From Bacillota bacterium (GTDB lineage Bacteria > Bacillota > Dethiobacteria > Dethiobacterales > Dethiobacteraceae), in NCBI GenBank assembly GCA_012522335.1, contig JAAYKP010000043.1, positions 1,151-65,150 of the forward strand: a DNA stretch of 64,000 bases. The letters run 5' to 3'. Position numbers and translations under genes: made by a program. The notes beneath the pieces are model-generated. The model was given only the letters and a program-made list of their open reading frames with translations, was not told the DNA's origin and made no database searches. Shown one piece after another: positions 10,544 to 18,406 of this stretch. Position 1 is the stretch's first letter. Each line of letters begins with the position of its first letter.

Positions 10544-11296
10544 TTATAGGGCAAGTTTCTGCAGGATAGCATTTGCCGCCTGCACCGAAGGGGCGTCATC
10601 AGGCAGTTCCAGCAAGGCCTGCCCCCGGACATCATATTCAGCAATCATGGGATCCAGGGGGATGGTGCCCAGGAAGTCCAGACCTGTTTTCTCAATTTCC
10701 GGCTGCAGCAATTCCAGTTCATTACCGGTAACTTTAGTCACAATCAAGTACTTTTCCTTAATATCTAATTTTACTGCTTCCGCAATCTCGCGTACGCGGG
10801 CGGCAGAACGAATGCTGCGGGCAGCAGCGTCACTGACAACAATCAACATATCCACGGCAGAAATAATGCGACGGCTTAAATGTTCTAAGCCCGCCTCATT
10901 ATCTACCAAAACATAATCATAGTTAGTACGTAGTTTTTCCAGATGTTTACGCAGTAAATCATTAGGGTAGCAGTAACAGCCTGAACCCTGCGGGTTACCC
11001 ATTACCAGCAGATCATAATTATTTGTTTCCGCCAAGGCTGCCGACAGTTTAAATTCAATAAACATTTCCTTAGACATGCCGGTGGGAACGGCATTAGGCT
11101 TTTTAGTATCCTCCAAAATCTGAGAAATTGTATTTTCCACCTCTAACCCCAATGCTTCATTTAAATTGGCGTTAGGGTCAGCATCCACCGCTAAAATAGG
11201 TTTACCCTGTTTGTTTTTCAGTAAATAGCGCAGCATCAGTGCTGTAAAGGTAGTTTTACCTACTCCACCTTTACCGGCAATAGCAATTTGTTTCAT
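10544..11296 (-). CDS. CooC-type P-loop ATPase (Ni-insertion accessory protein family, MinD/ParA fold)
   Basis: 250 aa. Deviant Walker A GKGGVGKTT and a CxC metal motif (GSGCYCYPN), as in CooC/AcsF. Confidence 0.8.
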   Translation of the reverse strand: MKQIAIAGKGGVGKTTFTALMLRYLLKNKQGKPILAVDADPNANLNEALGLEVENTISQILEDTKKPNAVPTGMSKEMFIEFKLSAALAETNNYDLLVMGNPQGSGCYCYPNDLLRKHLEKLRTNYDYVLVDNEAGLEHLSRRIISAVDMLIVVSDAAARSIRSAARVREIAEAVKLDIKEKYLIVTKVTGNELELLQPEIEKTGLDFLGTIPLDPMIAEYDVRGQALLELPDDAPSVQAANAILQKLAL

Positions 11297-11317
11297 TGCT
11301 TTCCCTCCCTTTCTGGT

Positions 11318-12652
11318 TTAAGTGATAATTTTTTGCCGCATTACCTGCTCTAAATCTAACAGCGTGTTGCAGGGGTACATACGTACCAGCTCCTGAAAGG
11401 CCTTGACTGAGCTGTGATCCTGCCATTCTGCCGCCGGCAGAGTATTCAACCAGACTACATCTTTTACCATTCTCTTAATTTCTGCTAATTCCTGCACAGC
11501 TTGTGTCACTTTCATTGTTTTCGTGTCGCTGACAATCAGCAGGTAAGTTTGGCCGGTCAGCAGATGCGGATACTTGGTACGCAGTGACTGCAGAGCCGTC
11601 GCCAGCTCGGTACCCCGTCCCCACTCCTGTGAACGATTCATGATCTCAACCATGGTTTCGGCAAAATCGCCGCCGTACTGAAAATAATCGGTTACACGCT
11701 CCAGATCTTCGGCAAAGACAAAACCTTCAATACTGCTGACTACACTGTGCATACTGTAGATAAACTGCAGAACAAAACTGGCATAACGGGCCATGGATCC
11801 GGAGACATCGCACAGTAATAATAACTGCGGCTTTTGCTGCCGGTGGCTGCGGTAGCGCAGTTTGAACAAGCTGCCGCCATAACGCATATTATGCCGGATT
11901 GTTTTGCGCACATCAAGCTGCTGCCGCCGCTGACCCTGACGGTAACGTCTTTCAATCTTTGTCACCAGCTGCCGCGCCAACTTTTGCAGTAATGCCCGCG
12001 CCTGCGGCAGGTCTTTTTCCGCAATGTTGCGCATATCTTCTGTCAGCAGGGCGTCGGCTGCCGCCTCCGGCTGCTCCTCCATGGAGGACAGTAAGGCATT
12101 AAGCTCCTCATCATCAGTCAGCGGTATAAGCAGCTGATCCAGTTCAGTGCGCAAACTTTTCCGCCAAAAAGCAAGGGAACCTCTCAGCATGCTTTCCAGC
12201 ACGGGGCGGAAATTGCTTTCCACCCGCTTGCCCTCAGCCGTGCGCTGAATATACTCACGCATCCTTTGCTGGGCGCTAGGCGGAATGCTGGCATAAATAA
12301 ATTTTTCTTCATCTGACAAAGCCAGCGGCGCGCCATGAAACTGCAGATCTTCCGCTGCCTGTGCTAACATTTCCTGCTGCTGCGCCACCTTTTCCGCATA
12401 CTCCTGCTCCAGTGCTGCCCGCGCTTCCGGTGAAGCAAAGAAACGCGCAAAAGCCTGAGCAAAAACTGCCTGCTCCGCCGGTCGTTTAACCAGCGCGGCC
12501 TGCAGCGCAGTACGTACGGCTTCCCGCTCCGCCAGGTCTACTTCCTGCAGCGCCTGCAGCGCGTCAATCACTTCACTGATACCGATGCGCAGTCCCATCA
12601 GACGGAGCAGATGAACAAAGCGCACCAAATTTACCTCTAAACGGTTAGTCAT
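11318..12652 (-). CDS. VWA domain protein, CoxE-like
   Basis: 444 aa. C-terminal VWA with MIDAS LLLLCDVSGSM. 4-nt overlap with the upstream MoxR gene. Confidence 0.8.
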   Translation of the reverse strand: MTNRLEVNLVRFVHLLRLMGLRIGISEVIDALQALQEVDLAEREAVRTALQAALVKRPAEQAVFAQAFARFFASPEARAALEQEYAEKVAQQQEMLAQAAEDLQFHGAPLALSDEEKFIYASIPPSAQQRMREYIQRTAEGKRVESNFRPVLESMLRGSLAFWRKSLRTELDQLLIPLTDDEELNALLSSMEEQPEAAADALLTEDMRNIAEKDLPQARALLQKLARQLVTKIERRYRQGQRRQQLDVRKTIRHNMRYGGSLFKLRYRSHRQQKPQLLLLCDVSGSMARYASFVLQFIYSMHSVVSSIEGFVFAEDLERVTDYFQYGGDFAETMVEIMNRSQEWGRGTELATALQSLRTKYPHLLTGQTYLLIVSDTKTMKVTQAVQELAEIKRMVKDVVWLNTLPAAEWQDHSSVKAFQELVRMYPCNTLLDLEQVMRQKIIT

Positions 12653-13539
12653 CTTTTTTCATCCTGACTTGCCATCACTAAACGACGGGCTCCCACCTGT
12701 TCAGTAAAAACATCCTGATCTGCTTTCCGTTTCAAGAGCAGATTAAGCGTCTGGTTAACAGTCGTTTCATCCAGGCTGTCTTTGCCTAAAGTCAGCAGCG
12801 CCCGCGCCCAATCCAGAGTTTCGGCAATGGACGGTTTCTTGCGGATTGACTGCTGCTCCCGGATCTGTGCCACGGCACGGGCCAGCTGCCAAGCCAGCTT
12901 TTCACTTATGTCCGGAATGCGCGCCCTGATGATTTCCACCTCGCGCTCCACCGCCGGATAGGTTAAGTAGAGATAGAGGCAGCGCCGCTTGAGTCCGTCG
13001 GACAGCTCCCGCTCATTATTACTTGTCAGCAGCACGATGGGAATCTGCCGCGCCTTTAATGTGCCCAGTTCAGGTACCGATACCTGAAAATCGGAAAGCA
13101 CTTCAAATAAAAAAGCTTCAAATTCCTCATCGGCTTTATCTACTTCGTCAATCAGCAGCACCACTTTTTCTTCCGCCTGAATAGCCTGCAGTAAGGGGCG
13201 GGCTAAAAGATAGTCCGGCGCAAAAATATCTTCTTCCAATTCAGCGGGACAGCCTGCATCTTTGGACAGCTGAATCTTCAATAACTGCTTCTGGTAATTC
13301 CACTCATACAATGCCTTATTTTCATCCAGCCCTTCATAACACTGCAGACGAATTAAGGTGGTCTGGAAAATACGGGCCAGCACTTTGGCCAACTCCGTTT
13401 TTCCCACACCCGGTTCACCTTCAATGAGCAGGGGCTTTTGCAGTTTTAAAGCTAAATATACTGTCAGCAGGACCTCTTCATCAGTAATATATCCGTCCTC
13501 CCGAAACGCTCTACGTAAATTTGCCAGTGTTATCTCCAC
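12649..13539 (-). CDS. MoxR-family AAA+ ATPase (CoxD-like)
   Basis: 296 aa. Walker A GEPGVGKT, Walker B LLIDEVDKADEE, and MoxR-like length and layout. Confidence 0.85.
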   Translation of the reverse strand: MEITLANLRRAFREDGYITDEEVLLTVYLALKLQKPLLIEGEPGVGKTELAKVLARIFQTTLIRLQCYEGLDENKALYEWNYQKQLLKIQLSKDAGCPAELEEDIFAPDYLLARPLLQAIQAEEKVVLLIDEVDKADEEFEAFLFEVLSDFQVSVPELGTLKARQIPIVLLTSNNERELSDGLKRRCLYLYLTYPAVEREVEIIRARIPDISEKLAWQLARAVAQIREQQSIRKKPSIAETLDWARALLTLGKDSLDETTVNQTLNLLLKRKADQDVFTEQVGARRLVMASQDEKR

Positions 13540-13614
13540 ATTTTTCTCTCCCTACAGTTTCTGTTATCATTATAGCTTCGCTTCTACAGTTTGTGTATGA
13601 TCTAGATCACACCA

Positions 13615-14487
13615 TTAAGCTTTAGCTTTGCTGTCAAGATAGGCTACGGCGCTCAGCGCGGCAACCTGTCCCTGCCCTACCGCTTTTGCCACTTGGTAGG
13701 GTCTGCCCACCACATCACCGCAGGCAAAGACGCCCGGAATATTAGTAGCCATTTGTAAATCGACCTTGATATGCTTGTCCTCTAATTCCAGACCGGGAAT
13801 TATTTGCGTTAAAGGATACTGCTCTTTTAATAAAAATACCCCGTCTACCTTAAGCTTACTGCCATCAGTCAGCTCCAGCTCTTCCAGCATGGCAGAACCG
13901 GTTAACTGTCTAATCTTCTGACCTGCCAGCAGCTCAACATTTGCCGGCAGCTGCAGGGTAGATTCATACTGAGGCAGAAAATATACTTTAGCCGCTATTT
14001 CAGTTAATAATTTTACTTCATCTTCATGTTCTGCGCTGTCACTGCTGACGGCAACAGTCTTATCCCGGAAAAACATGGCATCACAGGTGGCACAGTAAGA
14101 AACACCCCTGCCCAAATAGTTATCTTCTCCCGGCAGCCTTTTGCCGGCCGCCACACCGGTGGCGATAATTACCGTTTTTGCTTCCACCACCTCATCGCGC
14201 AGCTGCAGCTGAAAACTATCTCCCAGGGGATAAACGGCAGTAATACTGTGATGTTTTACTTCAATTCCGGCTGACTGAGCATGTTTTAAAAACTGCTGCA
14301 GCAGCTCTTCACCGGAGAGATTATAGAAGCCGAGATAATTATTTACCTGATGCGCTTTATGCAGTGACTGACTGCAAATTCTCGGTCCTACCAATAACAG
14401 TGTCCGGTTACGTGCCTGCACATTGATGGCTGCTGAAAGGCCTGCCGGGCCGCAGCCAATAATTGCCACATCAACTTTTTGCATCAC
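13615..14487 (-). CDS. thioredoxin-reductase-like flavoprotein lacking NADPH-binding motifs
   Basis: 290 aa. FAD motif GCGPAG and redox CATC are present. The GGGxxA and HRRxxxR positions read VAVSSDSAEHE and FLPQYEST. Confidence 0.8.
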   Translation of the reverse strand: MMQKVDVAIIGCGPAGLSAAINVQARNRTLLLVGPRICSQSLHKAHQVNNYLGFYNLSGEELLQQFLKHAQSAGIEVKHHSITAVYPLGDSFQLQLRDEVVEAKTVIIATGVAAGKRLPGEDNYLGRGVSYCATCDAMFFRDKTVAVSSDSAEHEDEVKLLTEIAAKVYFLPQYESTLQLPANVELLAGQKIRQLTGSAMLEELELTDGSKLKVDGVFLLKEQYPLTQIIPGLELEDKHIKVDLQMATNIPGVFACGDVVGRPYQVAKAVGQGQVAALSAVAYLDSKAKA

Positions 14488-14581
14488 GATGCCTCCTTCT
14501 CAGTCCACAGATTTAGCTTACCAAACTCTTTTCACCTTTATCAGGAAAGTCTTTCCCTTTGTCAGGCTCAGGCGGCTTAAC

Positions 14582-14610
14582 TTTAAAATCTTTGTCAGAT
14601 ATGGTACAAT
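14582..14610 (+). promoter_or_regulatory. candidate sigma-A promoter for the UPF0173 hydrolase gene
   Basis: TTTAAA - 17 nt - TACAAT with TG at the extended -10 position. Lies ~30 nt upstream of the SD. Confidence 0.35.
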
Positions 14611-14642
14611 GTGGTGCATAATACTAAATGAGGAGGGATACG

Positions 14643-15314
14643 ATGCCCACCATTCGTTATTTAGGTCATGCCTGTTTTCTGGTACAGGGCCAAGAACATA
14701 CTTTACTGTTTGACCCCTATCTCACCGATAATCCCCAGGCAGCTGTGACTGCTGACCAAGTTAAGCCGGACTATATCCTCGTCTCCCATGGTCATTATGA
14801 TCACCTTGGTGATACTTACGCCATTGCTGAGCGCACCGGTGCCACCATCATTACCACCATGGATTTAGCCAAAGAATGCGAAAAGCGCGGTCTGCAGGCT
14901 CATGCCATGAATGTTGGCTGCAAACATCACTTTCCCTTTGGCCATGTCCGTACCACCCAGGCTTTACACCATGCCGGTCTTGTCGGCGGTGAAGCCTGCG
15001 GTTTTATCGTCAGGATTGACGGCTTCACGCTCTATTTTGCCGGGGACACCAGCCTTTTCGGCGATTTTAAACTGTACGGTATCATTGAGCGTCCCGACCT
15101 GCTGTTAGTGCCCATTGGCGGTTACTACACCATGGATATTGATGATGCTGTTTATGCCGCCAAACTGGTTGGCGCCAAAACAGTTATACCCTTCCATTAT
15201 AATACTTGGCCCATCATCGAGGCAGATCCTGCCGACTTTGCAGAAAAAATCAGCAAAAATACCTCCGGGCACTGCATCATTCTGCAGCCCGGTGACAGCT
15301 GTGAACTACCCTAG
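14643..15314 (+). CDS. UPF0173 metal-dependent hydrolase (MBL fold, YtkL-like)
   Basis: 223 aa from the ATG at 14643 (AGGAGGGA 5 nt upstream); the ORF track starts 5 codons earlier. MPTIRYLGHACF...SHGHYDHLGD motif. Confidence 0.85.
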   Translation: MPTIRYLGHACFLVQGQEHTLLFDPYLTDNPQAAVTADQVKPDYILVSHGHYDHLGDTYAIAERTGATIITTMDLAKECEKRGLQAHAMNVGCKHHFPFGHVRTTQALHHAGLVGGEACGFIVRIDGFTLYFAGDTSLFGDFKLYGIIERPDLLLVPIGGYYTMDIDDAVYAAKLVGAKTVIPFHYNTWPIIEADPADFAEKISKNTSGHCIILQPGDSCELP

Positions 15315-15339
15315 AGAAACTGCCGGCCTGAAGGTAAAA

Positions 15340-15370
15340 GGCTGACCTAAAGTCCATTTTAGGTCAGCCT
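15340..15370. terminator. shared hairpin between convergent genes
   Basis: AGGCUGACCUA-9 nt-UAGGUCAGCCU, an 11-bp perfect stem. Flanking T-richness is modest. Confidence 0.5.
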
Positions 15371-15382
15371 CCTTATTTCGTC

Positions 15383-15523
15383 TTAATTGTCAATTTCTTC
15401 GATTTCTTCATCAAGTTCCATGATTTTAGCCAGGATTTCCACTTTATCTTCTCCTGTAGCTAACATGTAATCACGTAACAGGCTATCGCGAACCTCGTTC
15501 AGGTTGTAAGCATACGTAGACAT
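15383..15523 (-). CDS. unannotated 46-aa acidic small protein
   Basis: Below the ORF-track cutoff. GGAGGGG 6 nt upstream of the ATG. MSTYAYNLNEVRDSLLRDYMLATGEDKVEILAKIMELDEEIEEIDN, followed by the hairpin at 15340-15370. Confidence 0.45.
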   Translation of the reverse strand: MSTYAYNLNEVRDSLLRDYMLATGEDKVEILAKIMELDEEIEEIDN

Positions 15524-15638
15524 ATGTTCCCCTCCTTTTACTTCTTCCCATAATTTTCCCTATTCTATCTAGAGTTATTCATCAGAAAATTGTCTGCCTT
15601 TTACGGTACAGAGCTTCTGCTTTACACTAGCCGAGATT

Positions 15639-15658
15639 GTACATGTATATACATGTAC
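15639..15658. repeat. perfect 20-bp palindrome GTACATGTATATACATGTAC (candidate operator)
   Basis: Read directly: the reverse complement of the first 10 nt equals the last 10 nt. Located in the AT-rich spacer. Confidence 0.6.
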
Positions 15659-15860
15659 TTAAAGTCTTAACAGTTACAATTTTAGCATAGGTGTATTAAT
15701 TTGTCCAGCGCAATTTTTAAAAAAATGCAGATTGTTCAGCCTCTTCATTTTTTGTTAATAATTTAATAATTAACCCTGCCGCCTAAGACAATAATTTAGG
15801 CACAGCGGCAATAAAACACACTTGTCACTGATAATTCTTTATTTGACAGAATATTATGAG

Positions 15861-15889
15861 TTGGAGGAATTCGAGGAAGATTGTATAAT
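15861..15889 (+). promoter_or_regulatory. candidate sigma-A promoter for the URO-D family gene
   Basis: TTGGAG - 17 nt - TATAAT preceded by TG (extended -10). Would give a ~100-nt leader. Confidence 0.35.
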
Positions 15890-15997
15890 TATAATGTAAA
15901 CATAATAATTTGTAAAGGAGGGAATTCTTACACAATTATTAAATCATAACAGCAGGGCAGGAGACACCTTAAATTCTTGTAAAGGAGAGATCCAGCA

Positions 15998-17029
15998 ATG
16001 ACAACAACATTAACACCAAAGGAAAACTATCTACGTCTAGCCAAAGGGGAGCTGCCGCAAAGTGTGCCGTTTTTTAACATGGGGATGCCGATGCGGGCAG
16101 GGGAAATGACCACCGCCATGATCGGACCCAGCATTTTCATGCCTACCCACATGGGGCCGGAAGGCGGCAAAGATCCATGGGGTGTATCTTATGTAGCCAA
16201 TGAAGAAACCGGCTATGCCGCGATTCCTGAACCTAACAATTTCCTGCTTGAGGATGTTACCAAGTGGCATGAAGTTATTAAGCGGCCGGAATTGCCGGAA
16301 AGAATTGACTGGGAAAACATGGCAAAAAAAGATTACGAAAACGCGAAAATTGACCGCTCAAAAACTGCCGTCATGGCAGGATGCATGCTTATGCCCTTCC
16401 AGCAGTTAATTGCCTTTATGGGCTTTACGGAAGGCTTAATTGCCATGCATGAAGAGCCGGAAGCAGTAAAAGAGCTGCTGCACTATATGGCTGATTTTTA
16501 TGTGCCGATTATCGAAAAAACTATAGAATATTATCAGCCCGATATTTTCTACATTTTAGATGATACAGCCGCCAAATTAAATCCCTTTATCTCGGTAGCA
16601 ATGTATCGTGATATCTTAATGCCGGTTTATATGAAGCTAACCCAGGCTGCCCGGGACAGAGGCTTACCCATCCAGTTCCATAACTGTGGACGCTGTGAAG
16701 ATTTCTATGACGATATGCTCAAACTGGGCGTTGTTTACACAGATCCGGCACAAACGACTAACGACCTGCTGGCCGCCAAGGAAAAATACGGTACCAAACT
16801 AGTCTTTTGCGGCGGCTGGGACTGGGATCTGCCCGAACATGCGCCGCAGGTTACGGAAGAAGCTGTGCGGCAGTCTGTCAGGGATGCCATTGACAAATAC
16901 GCGCCGGGCGGCAGTTACGCCTTCGCCGGCGGTGTCTTAGGCAGATATGGCGACGACAGGGCAAAAGAAATTAACCGCTGGGTACAGGAAGAAGTTCTCA
17001 GCTACGGTAAAAACTATTATGACAAATAA
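15998..17029 (+). CDS. uroporphyrinogen-decarboxylase (URO-D) family protein, MtaA/O-demethylase methyltransferase-like
   Basis: 343 aa with URO-D-like length and layout. Possible Zn site FHNCGRC. No corrinoid protein gene adjacent. Confidence 0.7.
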   Translation: MTTTLTPKENYLRLAKGELPQSVPFFNMGMPMRAGEMTTAMIGPSIFMPTHMGPEGGKDPWGVSYVANEETGYAAIPEPNNFLLEDVTKWHEVIKRPELPERIDWENMAKKDYENAKIDRSKTAVMAGCMLMPFQQLIAFMGFTEGLIAMHEEPEAVKELLHYMADFYVPIIEKTIEYYQPDIFYILDDTAAKLNPFISVAMYRDILMPVYMKLTQAARDRGLPIQFHNCGRCEDFYDDMLKLGVVYTDPAQTTNDLLAAKEKYGTKLVFCGGWDWDLPEHAPQVTEEAVRQSVRDAIDKYAPGGSYAFAGGVLGRYGDDRAKEINRWVQEEVLSYGKNYYDK

Positions 17030-17052
17030 GGCCTGACCGGTAGATATAAAAA

Positions 17053-17085
17053 CCACGGGGAACAGTCCCCGTGGTAACTTTTTTT
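17053..17085 (+). terminator. intrinsic terminator of the URO-D family gene
   Basis: CCACGGGG-aacagu-CCCCGUGG, then uaac and a U8 run. Confidence 0.7.
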
Positions 17086-17160
17086 TGGAGCTGGTGAGGG
17101 GATTTGAACCCCTGACCTATTGATTACGAATCAATTGCGCTACCGCTGCGCCACACCAGC
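17086..17160 (-). tRNA. tRNA-Thr (anticodon CGU)
   Basis: 75 nt, folded by hand. Acceptor GCUGGUG/CACCAGC, D arm GCGC-AGCGGUA-GCGC, anticodon arm AUUGA-UUCGUAA-UCAAU, T arm AGGGG-UUCAAAU-CCCCU. Discriminator U and an encoded CCA. Confidence 0.92.
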
Positions 17161-17219
17161 CCATGCTTAATACCGGAATGCTTAATTATTATAGTCTAAA
17201 AAAACGCCAAAATCAAGGG

Positions 17220-17972
17220 TTAATTGCTGCCAACAAGCCTGCACTCCCCCCAGAGCGCCAGCTTGTCATCCTTGATTAAAAGCACACCGCTGACACCGGG
17301 AATTTGGCGGGCCCAGGCCAAAGCCGCCTCCAAATCGGCTGCTGTCTGCACCCGGTTGCCAGCCGCCGTTGCTGCCGCATCGGCCAGAATGGCGGAAGGA
17401 GCAATAATCATCGCCGCATCGGCCCGCCCCAGACTTAAAGACGGACCAACCGTTCCGGAGGAGGTGCAAACTCCAAAAGCATGACCCTGGGGCGCAATGG
17501 CGACAGCCAGACGATTGCTCAGGGGTGAAGCACCGGCATAGACCCCCACCTTTACGGCATCCCTTACCGAAAAATAAATGTCTCCGCCGTTTTCCACAAT
17601 CACCTGCTGCACCCGGGGCTGCAGATCACGTCCCACATATTCGGCAATGGCGCCGGCTACCGCGGCCATGGGCCCCACACCGGCCAGATTGCCGGCGCGG
17701 ACCATATCCAAAACCAGCGCCGGCGCCGGTCCGGACAGCAGATAGGGCTGCAAAGTGGTACGAAATACCGGGTCTGCGGCAATAAAATCCTCTAACAAAG
17801 TGCGATAATAAAGCACCCGCTGCTCTACAAACCGCTCCAACTGCGGACAGTAGCTGGCTTCATCCACCGCTACGTACATATCCGTTTCTTTGATGCGGCA
17901 GGTAAAAGCTTTAAAGCCCGCCCGCCGCATTAGCTGCCGATACTGCCGCCGTGAACCGTCCATCTTACTCAC
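17220..17972 (-). CDS. UPF0280 / ApbE-like protein (COG2122)
   Basis: 250 aa. 8-nt overlap with the upstream NIL-ferredoxin gene. GVGPMAAVAGAIAE motif. Confidence 0.75.
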   Translation of the reverse strand: MSKMDGSRRQYRQLMRRAGFKAFTCRIKETDMYVAVDEASYCPQLERFVEQRVLYYRTLLEDFIAADPVFRTTLQPYLLSGPAPALVLDMVRAGNLAGVGPMAAVAGAIAEYVGRDLQPRVQQVIVENGGDIYFSVRDAVKVGVYAGASPLSNRLAVAIAPQGHAFGVCTSSGTVGPSLSLGRADAAMIIAPSAILADAAATAAGNRVQTAADLEAALAWARQIPGVSGVLLIKDDKLALWGECRLVGSN

Positions 17973-18381
17973 CGGCCAAATATAAAGCTTCTACCGCCCG
18001 GGCCGGACAAGCCTTCAAACAGCGCTCACAAACGACACATTTCTCACTGCAGAAAGCTACTGTCATTTCCGGACGCTGCATCCAGAGCGCGTTGCTGGGG
18101 CAGATCACGGTACAGGCGCCGCACTGGGTGCAGCGCTCTTCAACCCAGATAATCTGCTGCTCCAGGGGCGAAACTTCGACACCACGGGACTGCAGAAACT
18201 GCAGCGCCGTTGCGAATTCCTCCGGCGCCGCCGTCAGCTCCACCACCATGCTGCCTTCTTTCCGGGGATTAATGTTTGCTTTTAGAATGTTGGCCACCAC
18301 ATTATATTCTTTCGCCAAAATATAAATGAAGGGCTGCTCCACCACAGCTGCCGGGAAACGAAGAACTAATTTCTGTTTCAT
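17965..18381 (-). CDS. NIL domain / 2x[4Fe-4S] ferredoxin fusion protein
   Basis: 138 aa. N-terminal NIL-like domain (PFIYILAKEYNVVANILKANI) plus CTQCGACTVICP and CVVCERCLKACP clusters. Confidence 0.85.
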   Translation of the reverse strand: MKQKLVLRFPAAVVEQPFIYILAKEYNVVANILKANINPRKEGSMVVELTAAPEEFATALQFLQSRGVEVSPLEQQIIWVEERCTQCGACTVICPSNALWMQRPEMTVAFCSEKCVVCERCLKACPARAVEALYLAGE

Positions 18382-18406
18382 CTGTTGGGCCTCCTTTTTG
18401 CACCGT

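Noticed and set aside
15921-16000. Possible upstream ORF in the URO-D leader, ending in TGA overlapping the ATG.
   Set aside because: No ATG/GTG/TTG start lies in that frame after the first SD-like box. The only candidate (ATT) is too close to the SD.
15380-17160. Genomic-island hypothesis for the AT-rich URO-D islet next to tRNA-Thr.
   Set aside because: There is no integrase or recombinase gene. I found no direct repeat of the tRNA 3' end at the far boundary. Composition alone is insufficient, so it is kept only as a low-interest note.
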